A stretch of 64,000 nt of DNA, from positions 19,982 to 83,981 of the forward strand of contig CAYHJF010000002.1 of NCBI GenBank assembly GCA_964356915.1, written 5' to 3'. This document shows, piece by piece, positions 46,258 to 55,790 of this stretch. A program made the position numbers and the translations under genes. The notes under the pieces were generated by a model that searched no databases, was not told the DNA's origin, and was given only the letters and a program-made list of their open reading frames with translations. This DNA is from an uncultured Candidatus Saccharibacteria bacterium. Its GTDB lineage: Bacteria; Patescibacteriota; Minisyncoccia; Ryanbacterales; GWA2-47-10b. Each line of letters begins with the position of its first letter. Positions within the stretch are counted from its first letter, which is position 1.

Positions 46258-46824
46258 CTAGTAGTAGGCACCCTTGAAGGCATCCCACACTACGCTGTAC
46301 CAGCCCACGTTTTCGGTGGTGTCGTCCTGCAGCTCAACTCGAACGATTTCAGTTGAGTCGCCTGCATCGTCATACACCTGAACGAACTGGTTGTAGTACG
46401 CGTATTGGTCGAGACCAATGTTGCAGTACCATTGAGTGTCCTCATACGCGGCGTAAGGCCACGTGTAATGCCACGTCTGCGAGCAGTACGTTGCATGATG
46501 GGTTGTTCCTATCGTCGGGATGAACGGGAATTGATCCGAGTAATTCTGTGGGAAGTACTCGCTGTAGTAGTCATGCGCCGAGTAGAACAGCCATCTGAGC
46601 CAGTTACTTGGAGAGTATTGCTGGTTGTACGACCACTTGCAGGCTCCGCGAGAACCGCAGCTCGAGACGGTCGTGAAGCTTCCACTTTGGGAGTAGAAGC
46701 TGCCGTTCTCTTCGAGCGTGTAGTTCGTCTGAGCATGTGCAGGTGTGCCGAACGCAAACACCGCAATTGCGAATGCAGCAGCCATCACGAATGAGGCGAA
46801 GACGTTTTGTTTAGCTATTGTCAT
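46258..46824 (-). CDS. Secreted Tyr/Trp-rich protein, hypothetical
   Basis: Signal peptide MTIAKQNVFASFVMAAAFAIAVFAFGTPAHA. The mature part is rich in Y/W/S. Confidence 0.45.
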   Translation of the reverse strand: MTIAKQNVFASFVMAAAFAIAVFAFGTPAHAQTNYTLEENGSFYSQSGSFTTVSSCGSRGACKWSYNQQYSPSNWLRWLFYSAHDYYSEYFPQNYSDQFPFIPTIGTTHHATYCSQTWHYTWPYAAYEDTQWYCNIGLDQYAYYNQFVQVYDDAGDSTEIVRVELQDDTTENVGWYSVVWDAFKGAYY

Positions 46825-46827
46825 AGG

Positions 46828-47517
46828 TTATATGCCAACTGTGTTGGAGTAGCTAAGCAAAGTCCCACCCACTGTGAGGCCGATCTGGACGAAGCGCATC
46901 TGTTCGCTGCTGGAAGACGAATCTTCCCAGCGGAAAAAGAATGCCTTTCCGTCTTTTGTACCAATCTGAGGCTTCCCCTCCAGAATGGTTGCATCGGCTC
47001 CCTGAGACTTGGCGAATTCAACGGCGACCGGAAGGAGAGTATCCTTCGTGTATCGCTCAGTGAAATCGTATGAGTCTGACGGGTTGGCGTCGCTTTCCTT
47101 TTCGCGCGATGCCGGACCGATCTGCACGACTTTATTGGTGTCACCATCAATCCAATACGAGTAGCCACGAGCATCGGTGAAGACGAGTACAGCTTTCTTA
47201 TGGAGGTCTACTCCCCTGACTTCATCCCTTTCGGCGATGTAGGGGTTGATAGAAACCTTCTTGTATTCTGTGCTGACGTCACTCTTTGCAAGTGAACGAG
47301 CGGCAGCAGCTGCGGCATTTTGTGCCGAGCTAATGCGCTCTTGCGACACGTTCCGATCAATAAGACCCAGGCCGATCGATGCGTTTGCTGGTGCTTCTTC
47401 CGCCTTTGTCACCTGAGTGGTGACAATGTTGGCGAAGCCGAGCACAGTACCGACGGCAAGGCCTACCATGATCGCTCCTATTGCGAATGTTCTCGCATCT
47501 AAGGTTTTGATGTTCAT
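46828..47517 (-). CDS. Secreted/membrane-anchored protein, hypothetical
   Basis: N-terminal signal/anchor FAIGAIMVGLAVGTVLGFA. 229 aa. Confidence 0.45.
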   Translation of the reverse strand: MNIKTLDARTFAIGAIMVGLAVGTVLGFANIVTTQVTKAEEAPANASIGLGLIDRNVSQERISSAQNAAAAAARSLAKSDVSTEYKKVSINPYIAERDEVRGVDLHKKAVLVFTDARGYSYWIDGDTNKVVQIGPASREKESDANPSDSYDFTERYTKDTLLPVAVEFAKSQGADATILEGKPQIGTKDGKAFFFRWEDSSSSSEQMRFVQIGLTVGGTLLSYSNTVGI

Positions 47518-47921
47518 GTTTGTCGCTTGCTTAGGGTTAGTAATATGCCACTCCTCCGACCGTTCCGTTGATCGGCGTAATAACCAACCCCATACGCCGG
47601 GGAACAGGAGTGGCAGTTTTGAAGTGTCCCGTCGCAGGACGCGCCAGTACCGGCATTAAGGCAAGCTCAGGAAGATAAAGTTTTTCTAAAGTTTTGGTAA
47701 AGAAAAAGTAAAGGACGCCCCATAAAGCAAAATTGCCCCGAAGTTTACACTCTCGGGGCAACGTGAGGCTTGAGCCGTCGCAAAAAAATTTGTACCAGAT
47801 AATAGGTAGCATGGCAGTGCTGAGATATCTGCCTGAGATGATATCTTACCCAGTGGATATCTTAGTGCCTAAAGTATATCAAATACCCCTGCCCCTATCC
47901 AGCGGACCTGTGGATAACGCA

Positions 47922-48758
47922 CTATTGCTTGTTGACTTCGCCAGTGGGCGTGAAGCGTGTAGTTACTGCTGCGTCTATTGCATCACGGCTCGGGTTGCTG
48001 ATAGCCCTCATTGGTAACCCTGCGTGGAAATAGGTGTTGAATGCATCCCAATCATCAGTACGATCCTGATCGGTGACAGACTTCCACCACTCGATGTTCC
48101 GAGCGTCACTCACGTTGAATTGTAACCGCCAATCTTGGTAGCAGTCGGGTGTCTTCTCAACTTCAGGTTTTCCTTCGCACCACGACTCTCCGTAAGCTGC
48201 TCGGGTGTCGCGCAAATACGCTATGGTCGCGTCGCTCTTGATGGGACGCTTTGCGTCCAAGTCAGCCCAAATCTTTTTTGCAATTTCGAATCTGTCCTCT
48301 GCATGGCCTTCCATTTCCTTTTGGATGATTGAGGCGACGATGAGTGCCTGATCCCAATCTTCATTCTTCAGCTTTGATTTGTATTGATAGTGAACCTCTT
48401 GCGCGGATTGACGCATCATCATTGCAACGTCGTATGTCGAAGCGTTAGTCGGAATGTTGTACACGCCCGGTGCTGAATATCCTTCCTGTATTGCAGTCAT
48501 CGGCGAAGTGTCTTTCTCGACAAATTTCTTAACCTGTTCATCGTTCCAACCGAGCTTACCCGCAAGGATGAAAGCGATTTGCTCCTTTCTGAGACCATCC
48601 GGAATTTCGACACGTACTGTCGGTTGCTCTTTTTCACCGAGTCCTGCGGTGACGATAAAGTATCCTCCTATCGCGGTCACCGCCACTAATCCGATACCTA
48701 ATAAAATTTTATTTGTTTGTGACATTGTAATGCTTTGTTTTGCTAATAAATTGGGCAA
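47922..48758 (-). CDS. MltG/YceG-like endolytic transglycosylase (membrane-anchored)
   Basis: N-terminal TM anchor, then a YceG-like fold pattern (GLRKEQIAFILA..., ...IVASIIQKE...). Confidence 0.5.
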   Translation of the reverse strand: MPNLLAKQSITMSQTNKILLGIGLVAVTAIGGYFIVTAGLGEKEQPTVRVEIPDGLRKEQIAFILAGKLGWNDEQVKKFVEKDTSPMTAIQEGYSAPGVYNIPTNASTYDVAMMMRQSAQEVHYQYKSKLKNEDWDQALIVASIIQKEMEGHAEDRFEIAKKIWADLDAKRPIKSDATIAYLRDTRAAYGESWCEGKPEVEKTPDCYQDWRLQFNVSDARNIEWWKSVTDQDRTDDWDAFNTYFHAGLPMRAISNPSRDAIDAAVTTRFTPTGEVNKQ

Positions 48759-49061
48759 CGACTTGTTAATTTAACAACCCTCTACACACATTACCGGTCC
48801 AGCAATTGAAGTCAAACAGGTATCTTAGTAACTAAACTATATCAAATCTTAGGCAGTCAAGCCACCGATTCGGGACTACTGTGTGCATGACCGGAACGGC
48901 CTTTTGTTCTCGACTTTAGGATTTCCCAGCGGTAGATGCGTTTGTCCTGAATGAATATCGTTACGCTCCCGTAGCCATCCACCTTCACTTCTTCAATCGC
49001 TTTGGCGATATCGAGAAGGATGAGTGTCTCTTCTTCGCTCTTATCCCTTTTTGAATTTTGT

Positions 49062-50696
49062 TTATTTGTTTGGTTCATATTTGAGACGTTTTTTAAGAGC
49101 GACGTGCCAGTAGAGAAGTGCATGCCAGAAGTGGTCTTCCCCTGTGGTTGATGCCCATTCTCTTTTTTCTTGACCGAGCTTGTCGGTCACTGTTCTTGCA
49201 TACATGGTCTGCGCGTGCTTGATGAGTAGCTGAAACGAAGGTGAGTCTTTCGGTATGGCGAAGGGTATATTCCCTCTCCGAAGCGACCCGATAGTATCGT
49301 CGATGATACGGTTCCTCGATGTAAGCACTTTGATTTCGTCCTCGAACGGCACGTTTTCCTTCCCCTCTTTTTCATCGTTCCACCGCACGACTTGAAGCAT
49401 CTTCGGATCGTCTTTGTAGAAGTTCACATACACGCGATGTGGGTACTTTCTTGCGAGAGCGAGTGCCTCTTCGGTATAAGGCATCGCGTCCACCACGCAG
49501 ACCCTGATGTCGTAGAATTCGATAAGCTCTTCCATCTGCTGCCACCTGGTGCGAGTGCCGTGGTCTTCGAGCCTTCCCATCCAGAATATTCCGTCCTCGT
49601 TCCCGATGATGACGTGGTTTATAAGGCCAGTGTCTGAACCCATCACGTTCCACTTCCCGCCCTCGGCATTCTTGCCGGTGAGGTTCTTGAGGAAGAGGCT
49701 CTGCGGTATCTTTTGCTCCGCGCTCAGGTATGGAAGTCCGAGCACGAAGTTATAGAAATACTGGAGGTCTTCGGCGTCTCGCTCTTCCTGCAGTAGGTCG
49801 GCGGCAGTGCGCCACGGGCACATCATTTGCGATATCCAATATCCGCTTATCCTTCGGTTCGGATACTTGGCTTCCCACTTCCCCAGCTCCGCAACATCAA
49901 ACGATGTAATTTCTTTTCGACAATTCACGCAGACATAGATTTCCTTTTCCCTGTCGAGGTTCTCTTCCCAATCCATATGCTGTTTGTGCCCACAGTGGGG
50001 ACAGTTGAATCGCCAATGTTTCTGATCGGACTGCTGGAAGAGATGATCTACTCCTGAATTCGGTATCGTCGGAGTGGAGAAGTAGTGCTGACCGCGTATC
50101 TCGGAGTAGCCGAGACGAGAGAGGTAATCGCGGATGACCTCGGGTTTCGACTTGTCGAGTTCGTCGTGGATGTTCCGATCGGAGGAGAGCATGATCGCTT
50201 CCTTTTCTGTGTGAGTGCCCTTGAAGAATAGGAAGCCTTTACCGATCTGTTTTTGCTCTATCGAGTCTACGTCTCTGTGGCTCACGCCCTCCATAATCGA
50301 AGGGTTCACTTTGACGATTCGATTTACTTTCGAGCGGACGAATTCCCCTACGTCGTCTACAGTCGGGAGCGTATAGATTTGATTGATGCCCCAATAGCGT
50401 GCTGCATGCAGGGCACGCAATATCTGCATGGTGCTTGCACCCACCTGCGACGCCTTCCGGATAACGAGCATGTCAGACTCGTCCGTGTAGATGTCGAGCA
50501 GGAAGCGATGATCCCTGAATTCGAGCTTTCGGTCGCTCTCCGTCTTTATCTTCTTATTCTTAATCCAGTACAGGATGCTCGCCTTTTCCCTTTTCTCTTG
50601 GAGTTCCGCGTTTGTCATAGAATTTTTTGATGGTGTCGTTGAGAGCAGCACCCAGGGCTTTCTCTTCTTCATCCGGAGGAGTCTGCTTGCTTTCAT
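49062..50696 (-). CDS. Phage terminase large subunit, GpA-like
   Basis: ATPase segment FLLDIYTDESDMLVIRKASQVGAST. GpA-type zinc finger CPHCGHKQHMDW...CVNCRKEI. The start is uncertain: the track ORF overlaps the upstream gene by ~137 nt, and internal Mets at 50672 and 50618 are alternatives. Confidence 0.7.
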   Translation of the reverse strand: MKASRLLRMKKRKPWVLLSTTPSKNSMTNAELQEKREKASILYWIKNKKIKTESDRKLEFRDHRFLLDIYTDESDMLVIRKASQVGASTMQILRALHAARYWGINQIYTLPTVDDVGEFVRSKVNRIVKVNPSIMEGVSHRDVDSIEQKQIGKGFLFFKGTHTEKEAIMLSSDRNIHDELDKSKPEVIRDYLSRLGYSEIRGQHYFSTPTIPNSGVDHLFQQSDQKHWRFNCPHCGHKQHMDWEENLDREKEIYVCVNCRKEITSFDVAELGKWEAKYPNRRISGYWISQMMCPWRTAADLLQEERDAEDLQYFYNFVLGLPYLSAEQKIPQSLFLKNLTGKNAEGGKWNVMGSDTGLINHVIIGNEDGIFWMGRLEDHGTRTRWQQMEELIEFYDIRVCVVDAMPYTEEALALARKYPHRVYVNFYKDDPKMLQVVRWNDEKEGKENVPFEDEIKVLTSRNRIIDDTIGSLRRGNIPFAIPKDSPSFQLLIKHAQTMYARTVTDKLGQEKREWASTTGEDHFWHALLYWHVALKKRLKYEPNK

Positions 50697-51159
50697 CTAT
50701 GCCCACCGCATGAGTGTGCTTGCCGAGCGTTTCCCCAAGTTCGGTACGGAACATTTCCCATATCAGCTTCACGTCGCCGGTCGTAACGTCGCTGTTTTCT
50801 TTGAGGCTCTTCAGGGCAATGGTCATCGCCTTTTCGAAGTACTCCGCGATTCGGTGCACGCGCTCGGTCTTTATGCGCTTGGTCTTTTCGCGGAGTCCTT
50901 CCAAATCTTCCTGAAGTTTCAGGTCTTTTCGCTCGACCCAGCGGAATTGTTTTGACCACCTTTCTATCGTCGTATCGCTCGGCTTTTTCCCGAGCCGGAC
51001 GGCAAATTCCGCCCCCATTTCACCCACGCTTTGCCCAACCCTTTCCCATAGGCGCAGCGTCTTCTGGAGGCTGCCTGCCTCGCAGTACAAAAGCCAAGCA
51101 GTGTATTGCTGCTCAGTCTCTTTAGGCATCTTTGCTGTGGTGAGTGTGGGTTTCGCCAT
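50560..51159 (-). CDS. Putative terminase small subunit / HTH DNA-binding protein
   Basis: N-terminal HTH-like segment QQYTAWLLYCEAGSLQK. Positioned directly upstream of the large terminase. Confidence 0.35.
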   Translation of the reverse strand: MAKPTLTTAKMPKETEQQYTAWLLYCEAGSLQKTLRLWERVGQSVGEMGAEFAVRLGKKPSDTTIERWSKQFRWVERKDLKLQEDLEGLREKTKRIKTERVHRIAEYFEKAMTIALKSLKENSDVTTGDVKLIWEMFRTELGETLGKHTHAVGIDESKQTPPDEEEKALGAALNDTIKKFYDKRGTPREKGKGEHPVLD

Positions 51160-51165
51160 ACTTGT

Positions 51166-52446
51166 TTATCCCTTTGGCTTCACCTTCTTCCATCGGTTGC
51201 GTATCACGTCGCACCATCGAGGGTCGAGTTCCATAAGATACGCGACGCGTTCGGTTTTGTTGGCTGCGAAGAGTGTGCTTCCGGACCCTCCGAAGAGGTC
51301 GACAACCGTTTGGCCGATCTTGCTCGAGTTCTTGATCGCACGCATGATGAGCCACTCGGGTTTTTCGGTCGGGTGCGCCATCTTGGTTACTGCTTTACGA
51401 GGCAACTCCCATATATCGCTTTCGTTGTTATCGCCGAAGAAGGTATGTCGTTCGCCTTTCTTCCATCCGTACATGATCGGCACTCCCTTTTCTTTGACCT
51501 TCTTCTTTTTCGCCTTGAGCATCTGCTCGTACTGCTTTTTGTAGTCGCCCCAGCTAATCGAGAAAGAGGGTTTTACCCAGACAATCGTTGAGGAGAATTC
51601 TAACCCGGCATTCTGCATCTCGTAATACCAGAGCGGATAGCTCGTATAGCCGGAGCAGACGTATATCGATGAGCCAGGCTTCAGGATGGTGTTGCAGTTT
51701 TGGAACACCTTTTGACTGAAGGTCTTGAATTCTTCGTCTGTCTGAGCGTCGCCGAGAATGCGTCCCTTGTCTGTCGGGAATTTCTTTTTCGTTTCGTGGC
51801 TGGTGTAGTCGACGTTGTATGGCGGATCGGTGAACACCATGTCGGCCTGCGCTCCGTCCATCAGCTTTGCGACATGATCGGGATTGGTTGAGTCGCCACA
51901 CATCAGCCTGTGTCGGCCGAGGACATAGACCTCTCCGAGTTTTGATTCCGGCGTTTTGATCGCCTCTTTCTGATCCTCGAGCGTTTCCTCTTCTTCATCT
52001 TCTGGCTCGAGCACGCGCATATCGAGGAGGTGGCTTATCTCTACGTCATCGAAGCCGGTTAGCTTCATATCGAAGTCGGCGCGGTTTAAGTCCCACATCA
52101 ATTCGGCGAGCTTGTCGTCATTCCAACTGCGACGCTCGGCTACTTTGTTGAGTGCGAGTGAAAGTGCTTTCTCTTCCTTTTCGGGGAGATCCACAAAGTC
52201 GACGTTCTTCTCGGGCAGTACCTCCATCTCCATCTCTCGCAGTGCCATGACCGTCATGTTTCCGCCGACGATCATTCCCTCTCTGCCTTTGTGCACGTTA
52301 ATGGTAATGAGTCCACGCAGTCCGAAGCGTTCGATTGATCGCTTGAGCGCGTCCAAGTCCGGCCGTTTTATATCCCTCGGATTGTAGTCTGGGTGCACGA
52401 GATCTTCGAGCCGGACCGTCTTTGTCTGTTTAGTTATTTTTGCCAT
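51166..52446 (-). CDS. ParB-like nuclease domain fused to N6-adenine/N4-cytosine DNA methyltransferase
   Basis: ParB N-terminus (GLITINVHKGREGMIVGGNMTVMAL). MTase motif IV DPPYNVDY. AdoMet motif I LDLFGGSGSTLFAA. Confidence 0.85.
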   Translation of the reverse strand: MAKITKQTKTVRLEDLVHPDYNPRDIKRPDLDALKRSIERFGLRGLITINVHKGREGMIVGGNMTVMALREMEMEVLPEKNVDFVDLPEKEEKALSLALNKVAERRSWNDDKLAELMWDLNRADFDMKLTGFDDVEISHLLDMRVLEPEDEEEETLEDQKEAIKTPESKLGEVYVLGRHRLMCGDSTNPDHVAKLMDGAQADMVFTDPPYNVDYTSHETKKKFPTDKGRILGDAQTDEEFKTFSQKVFQNCNTILKPGSSIYVCSGYTSYPLWYYEMQNAGLEFSSTIVWVKPSFSISWGDYKKQYEQMLKAKKKKVKEKGVPIMYGWKKGERHTFFGDNNESDIWELPRKAVTKMAHPTEKPEWLIMRAIKNSSKIGQTVVDLFGGSGSTLFAANKTERVAYLMELDPRWCDVIRNRWKKVKPKG

Positions 52447-53648
52447 AGTCTTTTTGCGATTTCTTTTACGACGTTTACTGTCACTGCGTTGCCTATGCAC
52501 TTGTAACGCTGAGTGTCGCTCACGCCTTCCGTCCAGTTGTCAGGAAATCCCTGCAGGCGTTCGCACTCGAGCGGAGTGAGACGGCGCACTTCCATGTCGT
52601 GGAGCGTGTACTGCTGCATGCCGGTGTCGAGTGTCTGCGCGATTCCTTTGCCGACTCTGCCTCGGCGCGTCTTGCTTTTCGGGACCGACAGATTGATTGA
52701 GTCTCCGGCTCGGGCTTGTGCGTATCCTCGCTTGGTTGCTTCAGGCACTTTGACGAACGGCTGTCTTCCGCCTCCCTGCATGGTGCTGAGAGTGGGACTA
52801 ATTCCATCCGCTCCGTAGACCCGATGAGTTGAGTGCCGCGGATTGTTCAATCTCTTTATTTTTTGTGCATTGAGTTTATCTTCAGCAACATACGACCCTG
52901 TCGCGGCCGCTTCGTATCTCGCCGTAAGGGTATTAGAGACTGGTCCTTGTATCCGAGGAGCCTCCGGACCGTGCGCTTCGATAGGAAATACCGACGGTCC
53001 GGGCGTGCCTCTAAGATGTCCGATAATGAACACTCGTTCCCGATTCTGGGGGACTCCGAAATTCTTGCTGTTAAGCACCTGCCATTGGATGTCGTACCCC
53101 AATTCATCAAGCGCGGCGACGATGGTGTAGAACGTTTTTCCGTCGTCGTGAGATAGAAGCCCTTTGACGTTCTCAAGGAGTAGAAGGTGTGGCCGCTTTG
53201 CCCTAACAATTCGAGCGATCTCAAAGAAGAGCGTACCTCTTGTATCTTTGAACCCTTTCCTTTTTCCGGCGATAGAAAACGCCTGGCAGGGAAAGCCTCC
53301 AACAAGGAGGTCAAAGTCCGGTAGCTTCTTCGGGTTGATTGTTCGGATGTCTCCATAGTTTTTGTGGTTGGGAAAGCGACGCTGGTAAACCTCGATCGCA
53401 TGCTTGTCGATTTCGGAGTAGCCCACGCAAGTAGGCGATTCTTGTCTTGGACGGATGCGGTTACTGTGTTGGCGAGGCCGTCGATTCGAAGCGCGAGTGT
53501 CTTCATGTGCCTCGTCGCTTTTTCTATTCCCCGTCGGCGCAACGCTTTCGCTTCTTCCGTTCTGCTTTCTGTTAGCTGAATCCACATATGCTTGCTCAAT
53601 GCCCAGCTCGAACCCTCCGATGCCGCTGAATGTACTTAAGTATCTCAA
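52434..53648 (-). CDS. DNA (cytosine-5)-methyltransferase, second copy
   Basis: Motif I FSGIGGFELG, PCQ motif GGFPCQAFSIAG, ENV motif ENVKGL, and a QxRxR-type region. Confidence 0.9.
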   Translation of the reverse strand: MRYLSTFSGIGGFELGIEQAYVDSANRKQNGRSESVAPTGNRKSDEAHEDTRASNRRPRQHSNRIRPRQESPTCVGYSEIDKHAIEVYQRRFPNHKNYGDIRTINPKKLPDFDLLVGGFPCQAFSIAGKRKGFKDTRGTLFFEIARIVRAKRPHLLLLENVKGLLSHDDGKTFYTIVAALDELGYDIQWQVLNSKNFGVPQNRERVFIIGHLRGTPGPSVFPIEAHGPEAPRIQGPVSNTLTARYEAAATGSYVAEDKLNAQKIKRLNNPRHSTHRVYGADGISPTLSTMQGGGRQPFVKVPEATKRGYAQARAGDSINLSVPKSKTRRGRVGKGIAQTLDTGMQQYTLHDMEVRRLTPLECERLQGFPDNWTEGVSDTQRYKCIGNAVTVNVVKEIAKRLWQK

Positions 53649-53660
53649 GGTGGCGGACGA

Positions 53661-53921
53661 TCATCCGGCCTTCTTCTCTTCGTCTATCATTTTTTCTATC
53701 GTTTCGCGGACCGTATGCAGTCGCGCGATTTCCTTTTCCTGTTCGGCAATGTATTCCTTTTTCGTCACTGAGACGGAACCCACGGGGCTTCTGCGTTCGA
53801 AGCCTTCGAGCACCTCCTCATCCGGCTTTCCATCGTGTATTCGTATTTTTATTTCTGCCCTTACGATATCTTCGAGTGTGAGGTCGTGGAGAGTCTCTAG
53901 CGTTTCCATTCGTGTTTTCAT
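53661..53921 (-). CDS. Small phage protein, hypothetical
   Basis: 86-aa ORF inside the operon. Confidence 0.3.
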   Translation of the reverse strand: MKTRMETLETLHDLTLEDIVRAEIKIRIHDGKPDEEVLEGFERRSPVGSVSVTKKEYIAEQEKEIARLHTVRETIEKMIDEEKKAG

Positions 53922-53925
53922 AGAG

Positions 53926-54285
53926 CTAGTGATCGCTGGTTATGCTGATAATGGTTTTGTCTTCGGGACCGCGGTCGGTTCGGGTGGAGACCCATCCGAC
54001 GTAGCGATGGTCGTCGTTCGGAAGCATGCCGACATCCTTCATGGCGTCGATCCACACTTTCGCGCAGACGTTATCGCTGTCGTATGGCCGTTTCTGAATG
54101 TGCCGTATGTTGATGTTCACTTTCTCTTTGATCGGTTTTATCCGACCGATGAGATATGCCCCTATCGCTTTGCGCTCCCTGTCGACGATGCGCTTGCGCG
54201 TCCAGTAGTTGCCCACTGAATAAATCGAATTCCAGGACGGGGTGACATACGGCACTTCGAGAGTTATTTCCAACCGCTTTCCCAT
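53926..54285 (-). CDS. rusA: RusA-like Holliday junction resolvase
   Basis: 119 aa. RPYDSDNVCAKVWIDAMKD matches the RusA PD.DN..K...DAL catalytic motif. Confidence 0.7.
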   Translation of the reverse strand: MGKRLEITLEVPYVTPSWNSIYSVGNYWTRKRIVDRERKAIGAYLIGRIKPIKEKVNINIRHIQKRPYDSDNVCAKVWIDAMKDVGMLPNDDHRYVGWVSTRTDRGPEDKTIISITSDH

Positions 54286-54288
54286 GCG

Positions 54289-54570
54289 TTAGGAGTTCGA
54301 CTTCTCCTTGTGCACTTCAGGTACATCGAGCTTTACATTCACTCGTGCCTCTTCAGTTCGGCCGACGCTGCGAACGACCCTGCGGATAGCGTCGATGAGC
54401 GCACCCTCCTTGCCGATGATCCTGCCAGCGTCGCCGTCGGCGAGTTTTACTGCAAGCAAAATACCCATGTCGTCACGGGTTCGGGTAATCTCGACGTGGT
54501 CCGGATTGCGGACGAGCGCGGTGAGAATTGTTTTTAATACTGTCACGTACTTCGGTGTATCGTTTTCCAT
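54289..54570 (-). CDS. KH-domain RNA-binding protein (KhpA/YlqC-like)
   Basis: GxxG loop GRIIGKEGALIDAIRRVV in a ~90-aa protein. Start set at the internal Met. Confidence 0.6.
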   Translation of the reverse strand: MENDTPKYVTVLKTILTALVRNPDHVEITRTRDDMGILLAVKLADGDAGRIIGKEGALIDAIRRVVRSVGRTEEARVNVKLDVPEVHKEKSNS

Positions 54571-54574
54571 GTTT

Positions 54575-55234
54575 TTAGTGGTTTTGCAATCCGAGTGGCT
54601 TTGATTTTTTATCGCCATCGTCCTGCCTTAATATGTTGCTAATAGATTCCATTCCTTGTCCCCTTTTTTCAGGGAAGTATTTCCGAGAGACCAGTACAGC
54701 ACTTATGTCAGTGGCTTCCCCACACCACGGGCAGAGTCTTTGTTCGACTCCAAGCTCATCGTAGGCGCAAGACCGACACTTGGTTCTGTTTTTAATTCCA
54801 ACGGAAACATTCTCTTTTTTATTCTTATTTTCTTTATTCTTATTCTGTCCACCCGTGGGTGGATACTTCGTTCCACTTGTGGGTGGAACAGTTCCATTGC
54901 CTGATGGATCGTTTTTGCGTATTCCACCTGCAGCTGGAACCCTTGAGAAGGCAATCAGCGGTATGATTTCTTCCCGATTTCGACGCTGATTGTCTTTGTA
55001 CGTGCGTAAAATATACCCACGTTCTTCGAGCCTGTTCAGCGAATTCGATATCGACTTCGGGCTGGACCTTACGATCTCCGCCAGAGTCAGATTCGATGCC
55101 GTGCATTTCTCGTTCTTCAGCCTCGAAAACCAGTAGACGACCCCATACAGCTTTTGCTCCTGTGCGCCGATCTCGTCATCCTCTAGTAACGGATAGGGGA
55201 TGATGAGGAAGTCGGGCTTGTAGATGTGTCCCAT
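54575..55234 (-). CDS. HTH plus zinc-ribbon DNA-binding protein (possible replication/regulatory protein)
   Basis: N-terminal winged-helix-like region. C-terminal CRSC...CPWC zinc ribbon. Confidence 0.4.
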   Translation of the reverse strand: MGHIYKPDFLIIPYPLLEDDEIGAQEQKLYGVVYWFSRLKNEKCTASNLTLAEIVRSSPKSISNSLNRLEERGYILRTYKDNQRRNREEIIPLIAFSRVPAAGGIRKNDPSGNGTVPPTSGTKYPPTGGQNKNKENKNKKENVSVGIKNRTKCRSCAYDELGVEQRLCPWCGEATDISAVLVSRKYFPEKRGQGMESISNILRQDDGDKKSKPLGLQNH

Positions 55235-55461
55235 AAGTCATGGAGCGTCCCCGCGACAGAGAGCACCGCTTCCGCTTGCCATCGCCAGTAGGGATTCCAA
55301 TAACCTGTGCCTTCTCCTGTCGCTATCTGCGCCAAGGACGCAAAGAGAATCAGAAAATTAAACCCAACGAGAAGCAGGATCGTTCCTCCGATATAGGAGG
55401 CGATCCTTTTTAGCTTTGCCATGTTTTTGCAGTGCGCTTCCGACCGCTTCGGAACACGCAA
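55183..55461 (-). CDS. Small membrane protein
   Basis: 92 aa with one TM helix (IASYIGGTILLLVGFNFLILFASLA). Confidence 0.3.
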   Translation of the reverse strand: MRVPKRSEAHCKNMAKLKRIASYIGGTILLLVGFNFLILFASLAQIATGEGTGYWNPYWRWQAEAVLSVAGTLHDLWDTSTSPTSSSSPIRY

Positions 55462-55790
55462 TTACGTTGTGCTGATAATATTCGACCAAGAGTACGATTC
55501 CGTACTCTGCTCTGGCGGTATTCAGTCGAATCCCATCAGCGCAAAATAAAAAACCTCCTTCCAAACTGGAAGAAGATTGTTTTTAGTTGCTGATATACTG
55601 CGGAGAAGAAGCGTTAGTCGTTACCCATGTTTTAATCGCCTCGACATTGTTAATGTGCGAGATTTCCTGGCCTTTCGGTCCATTGTGCGACGCCTGTTCC
55701 TAAAACTTAATTTGTGCGACCTATGCCTAAACAAAAGCGCCCGCTTCTCTCTTACACAGACGCGGGCTTTTTTATTATCTTTTGACTACT

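Noticed and set aside
48857-49123. 88-aa ORF overlapping the terminase 5' end.
   Set aside because: It overlaps TerL by 60 nt with no clear motifs. It may be a small head-module protein but the evidence is too weak to annotate.
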